Shown: piece by piece, positions 10,638 through 20,500 of the stretch
Layout: each line of letters begins with the position of its first letter
Position numbering within the stretch: position 1 is the stretch's first letter
Assembly: GCA_016193315.1 (NCBI GenBank)
Contig: JACPSJ010000001.1
Coordinates: 219,981 to 283,980 of the forward strand
DNA length: 64,000 nt
Direction: 5' to 3'
DNA from: Candidatus Kerfeldbacteria bacterium
GTDB lineage: Bacteria; Patescibacteriota; Patescibacteriia; SBBC01; CAIJZX01
Translations under genes and position numbers: made by a program
Notes under the pieces: generated by a model
Told to the model about the DNA's origin: nothing
Databases searched by the model: none
The model's input: only the letters and a program-made list of their open reading frames with translations

Positions 10638-10912
10638 AACGTTTGCCGGTCTCTAGACTGTGCCGGGAGTCGGGAAATAATGTGCTGCAGAAGCCCTGGC
10701 GCTTGGGGGATGAGACTTGTTTGACCACCCCCGCATCACGCCTGGGGGGTGAAAAAATGGAAATTTCCTAGGCGCGAATCTCGCGAACAACATCTTGACA
10801 TTGGCGGCCATCATGCTAAGGTGGCCGCGTTTCGTTTACCCGTTCCTTCAATCCCCGCACCTGACCGGCGTGGTCGGTCAGTACGAGGCTCCGCCCAAGG
10901 AGGTGAAACGTC

Positions 10913-11491
10913 GTGCCCAATGCACGGTCGAGCGAAAACCGTTCGTGGCTGCTGGCCTTCAGCCTGCAGACCGCCGTGGTGATTCTCGAATGTTGGAGCG
11001 CCGGCCGGACCGGCAGTCGGGCCTTGTGGAGCGACTTTGCGCACAACGCCAACGACGTTTTACTCCTCATCCTGACTGCCTTGCCGACCTGGCAGCGCGG
11101 GTGGCGCCAGCCATCGCTGTGGGTCAACATCATCTCGCTTGAGCTGAGTGGGCTGGGAGCCGTGCTGTTCGGCTATCGCGCTCTCCACCAAGTAGGGTCG
11201 CCGGTCGACTACGAACATGCTTGGCCGGTGGCCGTCGTCAGCCTGGTGGCCAATCTGACCATCTACGGCATCGTTCGACCATATCGGCACCACCCGCACG
11301 TCCAGGTTTTCGGTTGGCACCAACTGTGGGATGTGGCGGCCGCGCTCAGTGCCGCCATTCTGCTTGGGGCTGGCTCAGCCCGGCCAACACTGCCCCTCGA
11401 TGCCATCGCCACCATCACCATCGGCTGCGCCATGATTCTCCACTGGCCGGTCACCAAGCTCTTTGAGCGAAACAATAACCACCCCCACTGA
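10913..11491 (+). CDS. Cation diffusion facilitator-like transmembrane protein (no C-terminal domain)
   Basis: ALWSDFAHNAND and HQLWD metal-site-like motifs, about 6 TMs, SD AAGGAGGT before GTG. Confidence 0.65.
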   Translation: MPNARSSENRSWLLAFSLQTAVVILECWSAGRTGSRALWSDFAHNANDVLLLILTALPTWQRGWRQPSLWVNIISLELSGLGAVLFGYRALHQVGSPVDYEHAWPVAVVSLVANLTIYGIVRPYRHHPHVQVFGWHQLWDVAAALSAAILLGAGSARPTLPLDAIATITIGCAMILHWPVTKLFERNNNHPH

Positions 11492-11547
11492 CGAGCGCCA
11501 CGCTCGTTTTTCTTTTTCCGGTCCGTCCGGTACACTTCCCACATGAC

Positions 11548-11622
11548 CCCGTTAGAGCGTCCGTTTCAGGCCTCATCGAACTTCGGGCTTAAATGTCTTC
11601 GAATAAATAGCGTTCTAACGGT
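11548..11622. mobile_element. 75-bp hairpin element (CCCGTTAGAG...TTCTAACGG) inserted at the cmk start codon
   Basis: Terminal IR 11549-11559 / 11611-11621; ATGA at both 11543 and 11623. Confidence 0.7.
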
Positions 11623-12297
11623 ATGATTATTACCATTTCCGGGTTGCCGGGATCAGGCAAGGGGACGGTCGGCCGGCTGCTGGCTCGCCAGCTAGGGTAT
11701 CGGTATTACTCAATTGGTGATCTGCGCCGCGCCATGGCTCGGGAGCGCGGTTTAACTCTCGAGGAGCTCAACACGCTGGGAGAACGCCAGCCATTCACTG
11801 ACCGCCAAGTTGATCGATGGCAAGCTACACTCGGTCGGACACGGGACAATCTCATCGTTGAAGGCCGGACATCGTTTTATTTCATCCCTCATTCGGTCAA
11901 GGTTTTTCTCAGCGTCAGTCGGCGTGAAGCAGGTCGGCGGATCGCCAGCGACCAGAATCATCTCCGCCGGTTCGAGGCCGGTAGCCACTTCACCAACATT
12001 AAAACTGTGATGGACGCCCTCAGTCGGCGCTTCGCGAGCGACACGAGACGTTATCGAAAGTATTACAGCCTCGATATTTTTGACCGCAAACACTACGATT
12101 TGTACCTAGCGACCACCCATAAGAGTCCAAAACAGGTGGCAAATGAAATCATGATGTTTTTAGCTAAGATTAGACAAAGAAAGCATCATGTTGAGAAAAC
12201 GAGGAAAAGTTCAAAACATTCCACAAGGGTCAGGTCGAAAAATGTGGATAAAAAACGACTTAAAATGGCTAAGGTTAGAGGATATAAATATCTTTGA
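11623..12297 (+). CDS. cmk: Cytidylate kinase, archaeal type
   Basis: MIITISGLPGSGKGTV P-loop, RAMARERGLTLEE, IVEGR, YDLYL; basic C-terminal tail. Confidence 0.85.
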   Translation: MIITISGLPGSGKGTVGRLLARQLGYRYYSIGDLRRAMARERGLTLEELNTLGERQPFTDRQVDRWQATLGRTRDNLIVEGRTSFYFIPHSVKVFLSVSRREAGRRIASDQNHLRRFEAGSHFTNIKTVMDALSRRFASDTRRYRKYYSLDIFDRKHYDLYLATTHKSPKQVANEIMMFLAKIRQRKHHVEKTRKSSKHSTRVRSKNVDKKRLKMAKVRGYKYL

Positions 12298-12322
12298 CAA
12301 AGACCTTTTTTCTTGCTATACT
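12294..12322 (+). promoter_or_regulatory. Near-consensus sigma70 promoter
   Basis: TTGACA-17 nt-TATACT with extended TG; DnaA-box-like TGTGGATAA at 12243-12251. Confidence 0.85.
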
Positions 12323-12364
12323 TGACCCTGTATTGATTTTTCACAAGATACTTGCCAGATAGTC

Positions 12365-12738
12365 AAGAAAGCAGCATAGCTGTCCTGAGCCCCCGACTTG
12401 GCGGGACGTAAGGAACTCCGTTCGGACAGATGGCTGTGTTCCCTTCTCGACTATCCGTTGGTGACCGAGCACCGACTTCATGAAACAAAAATTAAAGAGG
12501 TGGGTTCGGGTGACGAGTGATATCGGCCCGGATTGCACCGGAAGGACGGTCGAGAAGCGCTCTCTGACAGCTCGGTATCCATAGAGCACTGGATATACAG
12601 CATCATGCTGTGCGGTGCGGATTTCTGCCCCCGACAGTTCGGCGGTAGAAATCCGCGCCTGCACGGCTGGCGATATATCCCCCAGGCCAGACAGGCCACA
12701 TAACTTTTGTAATATGGGCCGCTCGTCTGGCCTTTCTT
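12365..12738 (+). ncRNA. Candidate large structured RNA of unknown class
   Basis: Five or more nested stems with G-U wobbles on the + strand, possible pseudoknot ACCGAGC/GCTCGGT, promoter upstream, no convincing ORF. Confidence 0.6.
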
Positions 12739-12763
12739 TATTAAGAACGATATGTAATAATCA

Positions 12764-13162
12764 ATGTGGGAAACCATGCATTTCCGCCTCGTCATATCCA
12801 CCGTTCTGGCTATCGTGGTCCTAGCCGCTGGCTTAGTGTATTGGCAAACTCGAACTACCACCCCCACTACGACGTCGACGACGAACCGGACCGCCAGTGA
12901 CGAATACCAACCAGACGTGGCCGCCCTATCTCCGGTCAGCCAAGCGGTAATTGAGTTTGAAGCTGAAGATGCCGTGGTCGAACAGTTTGATGGCACGCTG
13001 GCCGACCTGGCCAGCGATGAGACAAGCGCCTCGACCGACACCGCTTCCCTTGATGCGGATCTCGAGTCTTTGTCGACGCTCGAAGGCATGGTCGCTGGAC
13101 AGGCGGACGATGACAACACCCTTGACGAATCTCTGGCCGCGACCGCCGACCTTGGCAACTAA
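12764..13162 (+). CDS. Membrane-anchored acidic hypothetical protein
   Basis: N-terminal TM, Thr-rich linker, Asp/Glu-rich body; start may be 12776. Confidence 0.7.
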   Translation: MWETMHFRLVISTVLAIVVLAAGLVYWQTRTTTPTTTSTTNRTASDEYQPDVAALSPVSQAVIEFEAEDAVVEQFDGTLADLASDETSASTDTASLDADLESLSTLEGMVAGQADDDNTLDESLAATADLGN

Positions 13163-13174
13163 GTAGGGAAACCT

Positions 13175-13963
13175 ATGCCTCGTTATCTTCTCACCACTGC
13201 CGTCCTCAGCCTGGGGCTGCTGTTGACTGCGATCATAACCCAAGCTCAAGGCACCAACGGCAATTTTAACCGGCCCGGCCTAAGCAACGACTGGCAGACC
13301 GCTATTGATGAACTCCGTAACGCGCGGCAGAACTTCCGCACCACCCGCCAGGAGGCCGCTCGCAACCTAGCCAACCGGGCCGTCAACGCTAGGCAGGAAT
13401 TACTCGCCCGGCGCTTCGAGCATCGGCAGGCGGCCATGCTCCGCCTGCTTGATGTCTACACCAGACATCTGGAGCGAACCAAAGATCGGGTCAACCGGAT
13501 GCCGATCATTTCTGATGAGGAGAAGGCCAACGCGGTGAGCAAGATTGACGAAGCCCTGGTGGCCGTGGCCGGCCTGCACAGCCAAGTCGAAGACGCCAGC
13601 GATGACGAGACCCTGAAATCGCTGATCCCGACCATTCGGGAACAGGTCCGCAACTACCATACTATCGTTCGGGGCATTGTTCGGTCGATTCACGCTTCAC
13701 GCATCAGTGCCTTTCTCGACCAGGCGAATGATCGGACCACGGATTTAGGTGCACGACTCGATGCACTGAAAGCCGCCGGCCACGATGTCAGCGCCTTGGA
13801 AACGAAGTTGACCGAAGCAGAGGACAAGCTGGCTCAAGCCGAAACGCAGCGGGCGAATGGTGAATACCGGCTGGCCATCCAATCCCTGAAAGATGTTTAC
13901 CAGCTGCTCCGTCAAGTCCTGCCAGGGATCAACGAGATAGGCGCCGGCGGCGCTACCGAATAG
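13175..13963 (+). CDS. Secreted all-helical (coiled-coil) hypothetical protein
   Basis: Signal peptide ending AQG; heptad-rich body. Confidence 0.75.
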   Translation: MPRYLLTTAVLSLGLLLTAIITQAQGTNGNFNRPGLSNDWQTAIDELRNARQNFRTTRQEAARNLANRAVNARQELLARRFEHRQAAMLRLLDVYTRHLERTKDRVNRMPIISDEEKANAVSKIDEALVAVAGLHSQVEDASDDETLKSLIPTIREQVRNYHTIVRGIVRSIHASRISAFLDQANDRTTDLGARLDALKAAGHDVSALETKLTEAEDKLAQAETQRANGEYRLAIQSLKDVYQLLRQVLPGINEIGAGGATE

Positions 13964-13980
13964 GGTTTCCGGTCGCGGCC

Positions 13981-14421
13981 ATGAACCAGGGTGGCCGAGG
14001 ACGTATACAAGCCATAGTCCTGTGTTTGCTATTGTTGATCGCTGATCGCTGGTTGAAGCAACTCGCCTTAGCCGGCCGAAGTTTGACCATCGGTCCTTTG
14101 GACTTTGAGCTCTTCGCTAACCACTCGTTGGTTTTTAGCCTACCGTTTCCCGCCGCCGCCATCTTGACGCTGATGGTGGTGGCGACTATGGTGGTAGCGA
14201 TGCTCGTCGTCCGGTCGTGGCCCCGGGCGGGCTGGCCCTGGTTTGGATCGATGCTGATGCTCAGCGGAGCGACCAGCAACCTCGTTGACCGGCTAGGCCA
14301 CGGGTTTGTCATCGATTGGGGGTACCTCGGTCCGTGGTGGCCGGTTTTCAACCTCAGCGATGTCATGGTTGTGGTCGGTTTGGGGATCTACCTTTGGCCG
14401 CCTCCATTGACGTCCCGGTAG
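13981..14421 (+). CDS. lspA: Signal peptidase II
   Basis: ADRWLK, GATSNLVDRL..GFVIDW, WPVFNLSD. Confidence 0.85.
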   Translation: MNQGGRGRIQAIVLCLLLLIADRWLKQLALAGRSLTIGPLDFELFANHSLVFSLPFPAAAILTLMVVATMVVAMLVVRSWPRAGWPWFGSMLMLSGATSNLVDRLGHGFVIDWGYLGPWWPVFNLSDVMVVVGLGIYLWPPPLTSR

Positions 14422-14435
14422 AGTCTTGCTAGGAT
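14407..14435 (+). promoter_or_regulatory. sigma70 promoter for comM
   Basis: TTGACG-17 nt-TAGGAT with extended TG. Confidence 0.6.
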
Positions 14436-14492
14436 TGGCGTGCCTGGTGGCTCGGCAGTCGCGCCGCCAACTTGGTGTTGGCGATTTTTCCT

Positions 14493-15989
14493 ATGCCTGC
14501 CACCATCCACAGCGCCGCCGTTTTCGGTCTCGAAGCGCGGCTGGTAACCGTTGAGGTCGATCTCCACTCCGGCCTACCAAAAATTATTGTCGTCGGGTTG
14601 CCCGACACTATCGTTCAAGAAGCCGGCGAGCGGATTCGTTCAGCCATCAAGAACGCCGGTTTTCGTTTTCCTTACGGTCGTGTCACCATCAACCTCTCGC
14701 CAGCCGACTGGCGGAAAGAGGGGTCGGGTTTTGACTTGCCAGTAGCGCTGGCGGTGTTGATGGCCAGTGGTCAACTACCGGATGCCTTTCAAGGTCTCAT
14801 TGTTGTCGGCCAGCTCGGTTTGACTAGCCAGGTCCGAGCAACGATTGGGGTGCTGGCGATGGCCACGTTGGCTCGTCGGCTCGGCCGCCCGCTCGTGGTG
14901 CCAGAAGACAACGCGGCCGAGGCGGCCCTCATCCGGGGCTTAACAGTCATCCCAGCCAACAATCTTCTGAGTCTGTCAGGCATCGTTCTTTCCCACCGAC
15001 CATGGCCGCGGTGGCGGACGGCAGCGGCCCGCCGGGCGCCGGTTCCGCACTGGGGGTACTGGCCGAGCATCATCGGCCAGCAGCAAGCCAAACGAGCGAT
15101 GGTTATCGCTGCCGCCGGGCACCACAACGTTCTGCTGATCGGCCCGCCGGGGGCCGGCAAGACACTCCTGGCGCACGCCACGGCCGAACTCTTGCCACCG
15201 CTGTCCGAACCCGAAGCCATTGAAGTGACGACCATCTACAGCGTGGCCAATCAACTGACGACCGGCGGCTTGATCACGCGACGGCCGTTTCGTCAGCCTC
15301 ACCACACGGCCTCGGTGGCCTCACTGGTCGGGGGCGGTCGATCGCCGAAACCTGGTGAGCTGTCACTGGCGCACCACGGGATTCTTTTCCTTGATGAGTT
15401 TCCAGAGTTCACCCGGGCGCACATTGAAGCGCTCCGCCAGCCATTGGAAGACGGTACGGTCACGGTCAGTAGGGTAGCCGGCAGCTTGGAGTTCCCAGCC
15501 GCCTGTTTGCTGATCGCGGCCATGAATCCTTGCCCCTGCGGTTGGCGGCATACCAGTGGACGTCAGTGCCGCTGCACGAACAGTCAGATTCAGCGCTACC
15601 AACGCCGTCTGTCTGGGCCGGTCCTCGATCGTTTCGATCTGTTCGTGCCGGTGCCGCCGGTGCCAGCGTCAGCGACCACCGCCCAAGCCAACGACGACCC
15701 ACGTCCGCTGGTAGTCGCGGCCCGCCAACGCCAACGCCAGCGGTATCAAGATGAACGGGTGACGAATAGTCGCATCCGCGGACGGCTCCTGACGGCCGCC
15801 GGTGTTCTCAGCCCGGCCGAACAAACGTTGCTTCAGCAGGCGATGGAAAGACTGCAGTTTTCCATGCGCGCCCACCAGCGGATTTTGCGAGTGGCGCGTA
15901 CCATTGCTGACTTAGCTGGCGCCGAGTGGATCGGCCGCGATCACTTGGCCGAAGCGCTGCACTATCGGCCACCGCCCTTGCTTGGCTAG
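14493..15989 (+). CDS. comM: ComM/YifB Mg-chelatase-like AAA+ ATPase
   Basis: VGLPD, NLSPAD, GPPGAGKT, PFRQPHH, LFLDEFPEF, AMNPCPCG. Confidence 0.92.
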   Translation: MPATIHSAAVFGLEARLVTVEVDLHSGLPKIIVVGLPDTIVQEAGERIRSAIKNAGFRFPYGRVTINLSPADWRKEGSGFDLPVALAVLMASGQLPDAFQGLIVVGQLGLTSQVRATIGVLAMATLARRLGRPLVVPEDNAAEAALIRGLTVIPANNLLSLSGIVLSHRPWPRWRTAAARRAPVPHWGYWPSIIGQQQAKRAMVIAAAGHHNVLLIGPPGAGKTLLAHATAELLPPLSEPEAIEVTTIYSVANQLTTGGLITRRPFRQPHHTASVASLVGGGRSPKPGELSLAHHGILFLDEFPEFTRAHIEALRQPLEDGTVTVSRVAGSLEFPAACLLIAAMNPCPCGWRHTSGRQCRCTNSQIQRYQRRLSGPVLDRFDLFVPVPPVPASATTAQANDDPRPLVVAARQRQRQRYQDERVTNSRIRGRLLTAAGVLSPAEQTLLQQAMERLQFSMRAHQRILRVARTIADLAGAEWIGRDHLAEALHYRPPPLLG

Positions 15990-17326
15990 AAGAAGGACAG
16001 CGGGTTCAGTGGTACACCGCGGGAACGGATTTCAAAATGGACGTGGGTGCCGGAACATCGTCCGGTACAACCCTGCATGGCAATGGTCTGTCCCTGGCTC
16101 ACTCGCTGGCCAGGACTAACAAAGACCTTGCTATCGTGAGAGTAGAGTGTCGAGTAGCCATTGCCGTGGTCGATGATGACGTGGAGACCGTAGCCGTTCC
16201 GACTGTAGGCAGCATACGTGACGGTGCCGCTGGCGGCCGCGTAGATGGGCGTGGTAGTCTCGCCATCGATGTCAATGCCGGTATGCCAGCGCCCGCGGAA
16301 GTACTGATTGATTCGGTGGCCGACCGTCGGCCAGATAAAGCGCGCGCCGCTGGCCGGCGCCGATGGCGGTGGGTTGTCAGACCGCGAGAAAACGCCAGCC
16401 AAGAACGTTCGCTGTGGCGGGGGAGCCGGCGGGGCCGGTGGTTCACCGCCGGGAATAATGATCTCTTGGCCGACTTCAATAGCTTCGGCCAATGGCACGT
16501 TGTTGGTCGCCAAGATTTCATCCTCGCGACCCTGGTAGCGGCTGGCGATGCTGCTGACCGTGTCTCCACTCTTGACGGTATAGAGGTAGCCGCTGACCGA
16601 AGGGATTTTCAGTACTTGGCCGGGCTTGATGAAATCAGTATCGCTCAAACCGTTAGCCCATAGAACGGTTCGACTGGAAATGCCAAATTGCTCGGCAATG
16701 GTACTGACCGTGTCGCCACCCTCGACGGTGTAGGTTTCTACGGTCCGCCGTTCGGTTACGACTTGACTGGCTCCGCCCACGGCCGGCGCGGCGTCAGACG
16801 TTGGGTTAGCCACGGTGCTGTCTGCGACGGGCGCTGAAACGAACAACTCCGGTCCGCCGACCGCGGCCAGGGCGACGTTGGACCGGCCGGTCTGGCCGGC
16901 GCCCGTTTCAACAATCAATTCGCTGTCGCCCTGGAAAAAGGAGTTCCACGGTGCGCCTTGCCCGATTTCATCCGGCCGGACCGTCCGGGCCAGCAGGTTA
17001 GTGGTCAAGCCAAAAATGCCCAAGGCGATTAGTCCCAAGTGGACGGCGTAGCGGTAGGAAAACTGGGTGACCGAGCGAATGCCAGCCAGCCGCGGGTGGA
17101 ATTTGATTTTCTGCTTGATCCGTACGTAGCGCATGTAGAAGGGCAGCAGCAGTAGACGAAACACCCCGCGGCTGATCCAGCCGAGGGGCTTGAGCAGGGT
17201 TACCCGCAGGAGCAGGAGTAAACCCTTACCGGTCGCGGCCAGTCCACGGAGGACGTGGATGGCCAGGCGAACGATGGTTTGTTTGATCAGGATACTAATA
17301 GAGACTCCGTTCCACCCTATCGTCAC
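15986..17326 (-). CDS. LysM x2 + M23 peptidase (peptidoglycan endopeptidase)
   Basis: YTVEGGDTVSTIA, YTVKSGDT, HTGIDI, HVHFEI; start uncertain and must lie downstream of the promoter at 17402-17430. Confidence 0.9.
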   Translation of the reverse strand: MTIGWNGVSISILIKQTIVRLAIHVLRGLAATGKGLLLLLRVTLLKPLGWISRGVFRLLLLPFYMRYVRIKQKIKFHPRLAGIRSVTQFSYRYAVHLGLIALGIFGLTTNLLARTVRPDEIGQGAPWNSFFQGDSELIVETGAGQTGRSNVALAAVGGPELFVSAPVADSTVANPTSDAAPAVGGASQVVTERRTVETYTVEGGDTVSTIAEQFGISSRTVLWANGLSDTDFIKPGQVLKIPSVSGYLYTVKSGDTVSSIASRYQGREDEILATNNVPLAEAIEVGQEIIIPGGEPPAPPAPPPQRTFLAGVFSRSDNPPPSAPASGARFIWPTVGHRINQYFRGRWHTGIDIDGETTTPIYAAASGTVTYAAYSRNGYGLHVIIDHGNGYSTLYSHDSKVFVSPGQRVSQGQTIAMQGCTGRCSGTHVHFEIRSRGVPLNPLSFF

Positions 17327-17401
17327 CTTCCCCGGATCGCAACGAAACCACCATCCCAAGGCGTGGCGATAGGACTTAGTGTCGCCGAAATAGTGGGAGT
17401 G

Positions 17402-17430
17402 ATAATACCAACTTGACCCAGACGTGTCAA
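17402..17430 (-). promoter_or_regulatory. sigma70 promoter for the LysM-M23 gene
   Basis: TTGACA-17 nt-TATTAT with extended TG on the - strand. Confidence 0.7.
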
Positions 17431-17500
17431 CGAAGATCTCCACAACTCGGCAATGTTTGTTTCGAAAACTTGTTACCTTAGCCAAAGGTTGGTACCCTGA

Positions 17501-20500
17501 ATGTCTATGGCTGCGTCAAAATACGACCATCAGGCAATCGAAAAGAAATGGCAGCAAAGCTGGGTGGAAGCGGGCGTATTTCGCCCACCTCTCCCCACCG
17601 GCGCTTCGCGCCACCCCCCCTCAACCCCCGCTGCTGCGGAGAGGGGAGGACGTTCTACGTACGTCCTCGACATGTTCCCCTACCCTTCGGCTGACGGACT
17701 GCACGTCGGCCACCCAGAAGGGTACACGGCCACGGATATCGTCAGTCGATATTTACGGATGAAAGGCATGACCGTGCTCCACCCAATGGGCTGGGATGCC
17801 TTCGGCCTTCCTACTGAGAACGCCGCGATCCAAAAAAAGATTCATCCCCGGATCGTGACCGAACAAAACGTCAAGAATTTCAAACGGCAAATTATGTCGC
17901 TTGGCTTTTCGTATGACTGGGGCCGTGAACTCAACACCACCGACCCGAAATACTACAAATGGACGCAGTGGATATTCCTGCAGCTGTTCAAAAAAGGGTT
18001 GGCCTACGAAGCGGAGTTACCGATTTGGTGGTGTCCGAAAGACAAAACTGGCTTGGCCAATGAAGAAGTGGTGGGCGGAGTCTGCGACCGGTGCGGGACG
18101 AAAGTCGAGCGGAAAATGCTGCGGCAGTGGGTCTTGAGAATTACTGCGTACGCCGAACGTCTGCTCAAAGGCTTGGATAAACTCAATTGGCCGGAGAACA
18201 TTAAGGCGCTGCAGCGGAATTGGATTGGGAAGAGCCAGGGGGCAGAGGTAGTGTTTGGGATAAAAACTCCGAGTGCGAAAAAGCCCCAACTTTTTATTAG
18301 CACGAAAAATCCAGCCAAGAAAAAGAGATATGTTCATATGTTTGCGCCGCTGGGGGTCGACATTGTTACCACTGATGATCTTGGAAAGTCTGTCACTGAT
18401 GTAGAAGTTGAGGAGGGAGAAGATATAAAAGAAAATGCCTTAAAGAAAGCACAGATTTTTCATCAAGCAACCGGCTTGCCGACGCTCGCTATTGATGAGG
18501 GCTTGATTATTGATACTTTTCCGGCCAACCAACAACCGGGCTCGCACGTTCGTCGTATCCCTGGCTTTTCTGGGCGCCCGACTGATGAAGATATGTCGAC
18601 GTATTACATCAATGAAGTGGTTAAACACGGAGGTGAAAGTCTGGTCCACTGGGAACACGCAATCGCTTATGTCGATGAATTCGGCGCGAAGGAGACACAG
18701 ATCAAGGTTACATCCAGTAAGATCGTAGCCACGAAAAGTAAAAAAGTAAAAGACGGATACCCCCTCGATTCACTTCTTATTGATTTGAAAACAGGAAAAT
18801 ACCGTTCCGAATTGACCCCCAAAGAAGATGAAGCTGCAATTCAGCCACTCACAGATGCACTAACCAGATTTGTCTCCGGGGCTTTATCAAAAAGCTCACA
18901 AGTCACGGTATTCACCACTCGTCCGGACACGCTCTTTGGCGCGACGTACCTGGTCTTGTCGCCAGAACACCCGCTGGTTGATGTGATTACCACTCCCGAA
19001 AAGAAGCCCGCTGTTGAGAAGTACAAGAAAGAGGTGGCCAGCAAGTCGGATCTTGAACGGACGGCGCTTGAAAAGGAAAAGACCGGCGTGTTCACGGGCG
19101 CGTACGCGATCAATCCGGTCAACAACGAAAAAATCCCAGTCTGGATCGCGGATTACGTTTTGATGTCGTATGGCACCGGCGCAATTATGGCTGTGCCGGC
19201 GCATGATGAGCGTGACTACGAATTTGCGAAGAAACACGAATTACCAATTCGGGAAGTTATTATTCCGTACCGCTATTACAAACCCAATCCGCCGCGGCCG
19301 GGGAAGAAAACGGTGGAACGAAGGAACATTCACCCCATCGTCAAGAACCCGAGAACCGGAAAGTTTTTGGCTCTTCGTTGGACAAAGCATCCATGGGTCA
19401 CGTTCCCGATGGGCGGCATCGACGGCAATGAAGACATCGTCAAAGCGGCCGAACGAGAAGTAGCCGAGGAAACGGGCTACACTGATCTGAAGTTTGAACG
19501 AGTCTTGGGCGGTCAGGTGAAGGCGGAATATTTTGCCGCTCACAAAAACGAAAACCGCGTAGCTTACACGCAGGCGGTAGTGTTTTCATTGCGCAGCGAG
19601 AAGAGAATTCCGGTTCCGGAGCATGAGCTGAAAGAACACGAAGTCATTTGGCTCGACCCCAAAGAACTCAATTCGCAGGTGATGGTTCATGCCGAACTTG
19701 ACGTCTGGCTCCATCGCTTAGCCAGAGATGAGCATGCATACACGGGCGAAGGAGCGCTGATTAACTCCGGTCAGTTCGACGGACTGACGAGCGAAGATGG
19801 GCGGAAGAAAATCGTGGAATGGCTTAAGACGCAAGGCAAAGCCAAACCAAAGGTGAATTATAAACTCCGCGACTGGGTGTTTTCGCGGCAGCGGTACTGG
19901 GGCGAACCGATTCCGCTGGTGCACTGCGAAAATTGTGCGAATATTGTCCAATCTACGAATTATACTCTCCATTTCTCTGATCGCGAGATTTGGGGAGATT
20001 TGTTGAGTGGCAAGAAAACGATTGAAACTCGGGCCCTTAACCCCGAAGAGCCCGAGCGGTATTTCGGCAATATCAAACCTGGACACGCTACACCCGAGTC
20101 GTACATCAAAGGCATCTTCAAGCCGACCGGCGAAGTCGCATACTTTCGCGTCAAAAGCGTAAGAATCTACAAATCGCTGCGAAAACTCTTTGTCGATAAG
20201 AAAGTTCACGCAAAGATTTGGCCCGATCGGACATTCAAGACCTTGGAAGAATTGCGCCAATCACATGACGAACTGACGCCTGGCAATGCCGCCAAGATCG
20301 ATAAGAACGGTCTGATTGCCTTTGAAATCAAGCACGTGTTACCTGGCATCATCCCACTCAAGGAAGATGAATTGCCGCTCGAACTCCCGGACGTTGAAAG
20401 ATACGAACCGACTGGGATTGGCGAATCACCGTTGGCCGCGATTAACGAATGGGTCAATGTGAAGTGCCGCGTTTGCGGTCATCCGGCCAAGCGCGAAACG

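Noticed and set aside
12365-12738. RNase P RNA or tmRNA
   Set aside because: No GAGGAAAGTCC / ACAGAA..CGGCTTA motifs and no tRNA-like ends or tag frame; only a Rfam search can fully exclude a divergent form
18270-20345. Inteins in LeuRS
   Set aside because: No Cys/Ser start, His-Asn end or LAGLIDADG motifs; the inserts resemble enzyme and RNA-binding domains
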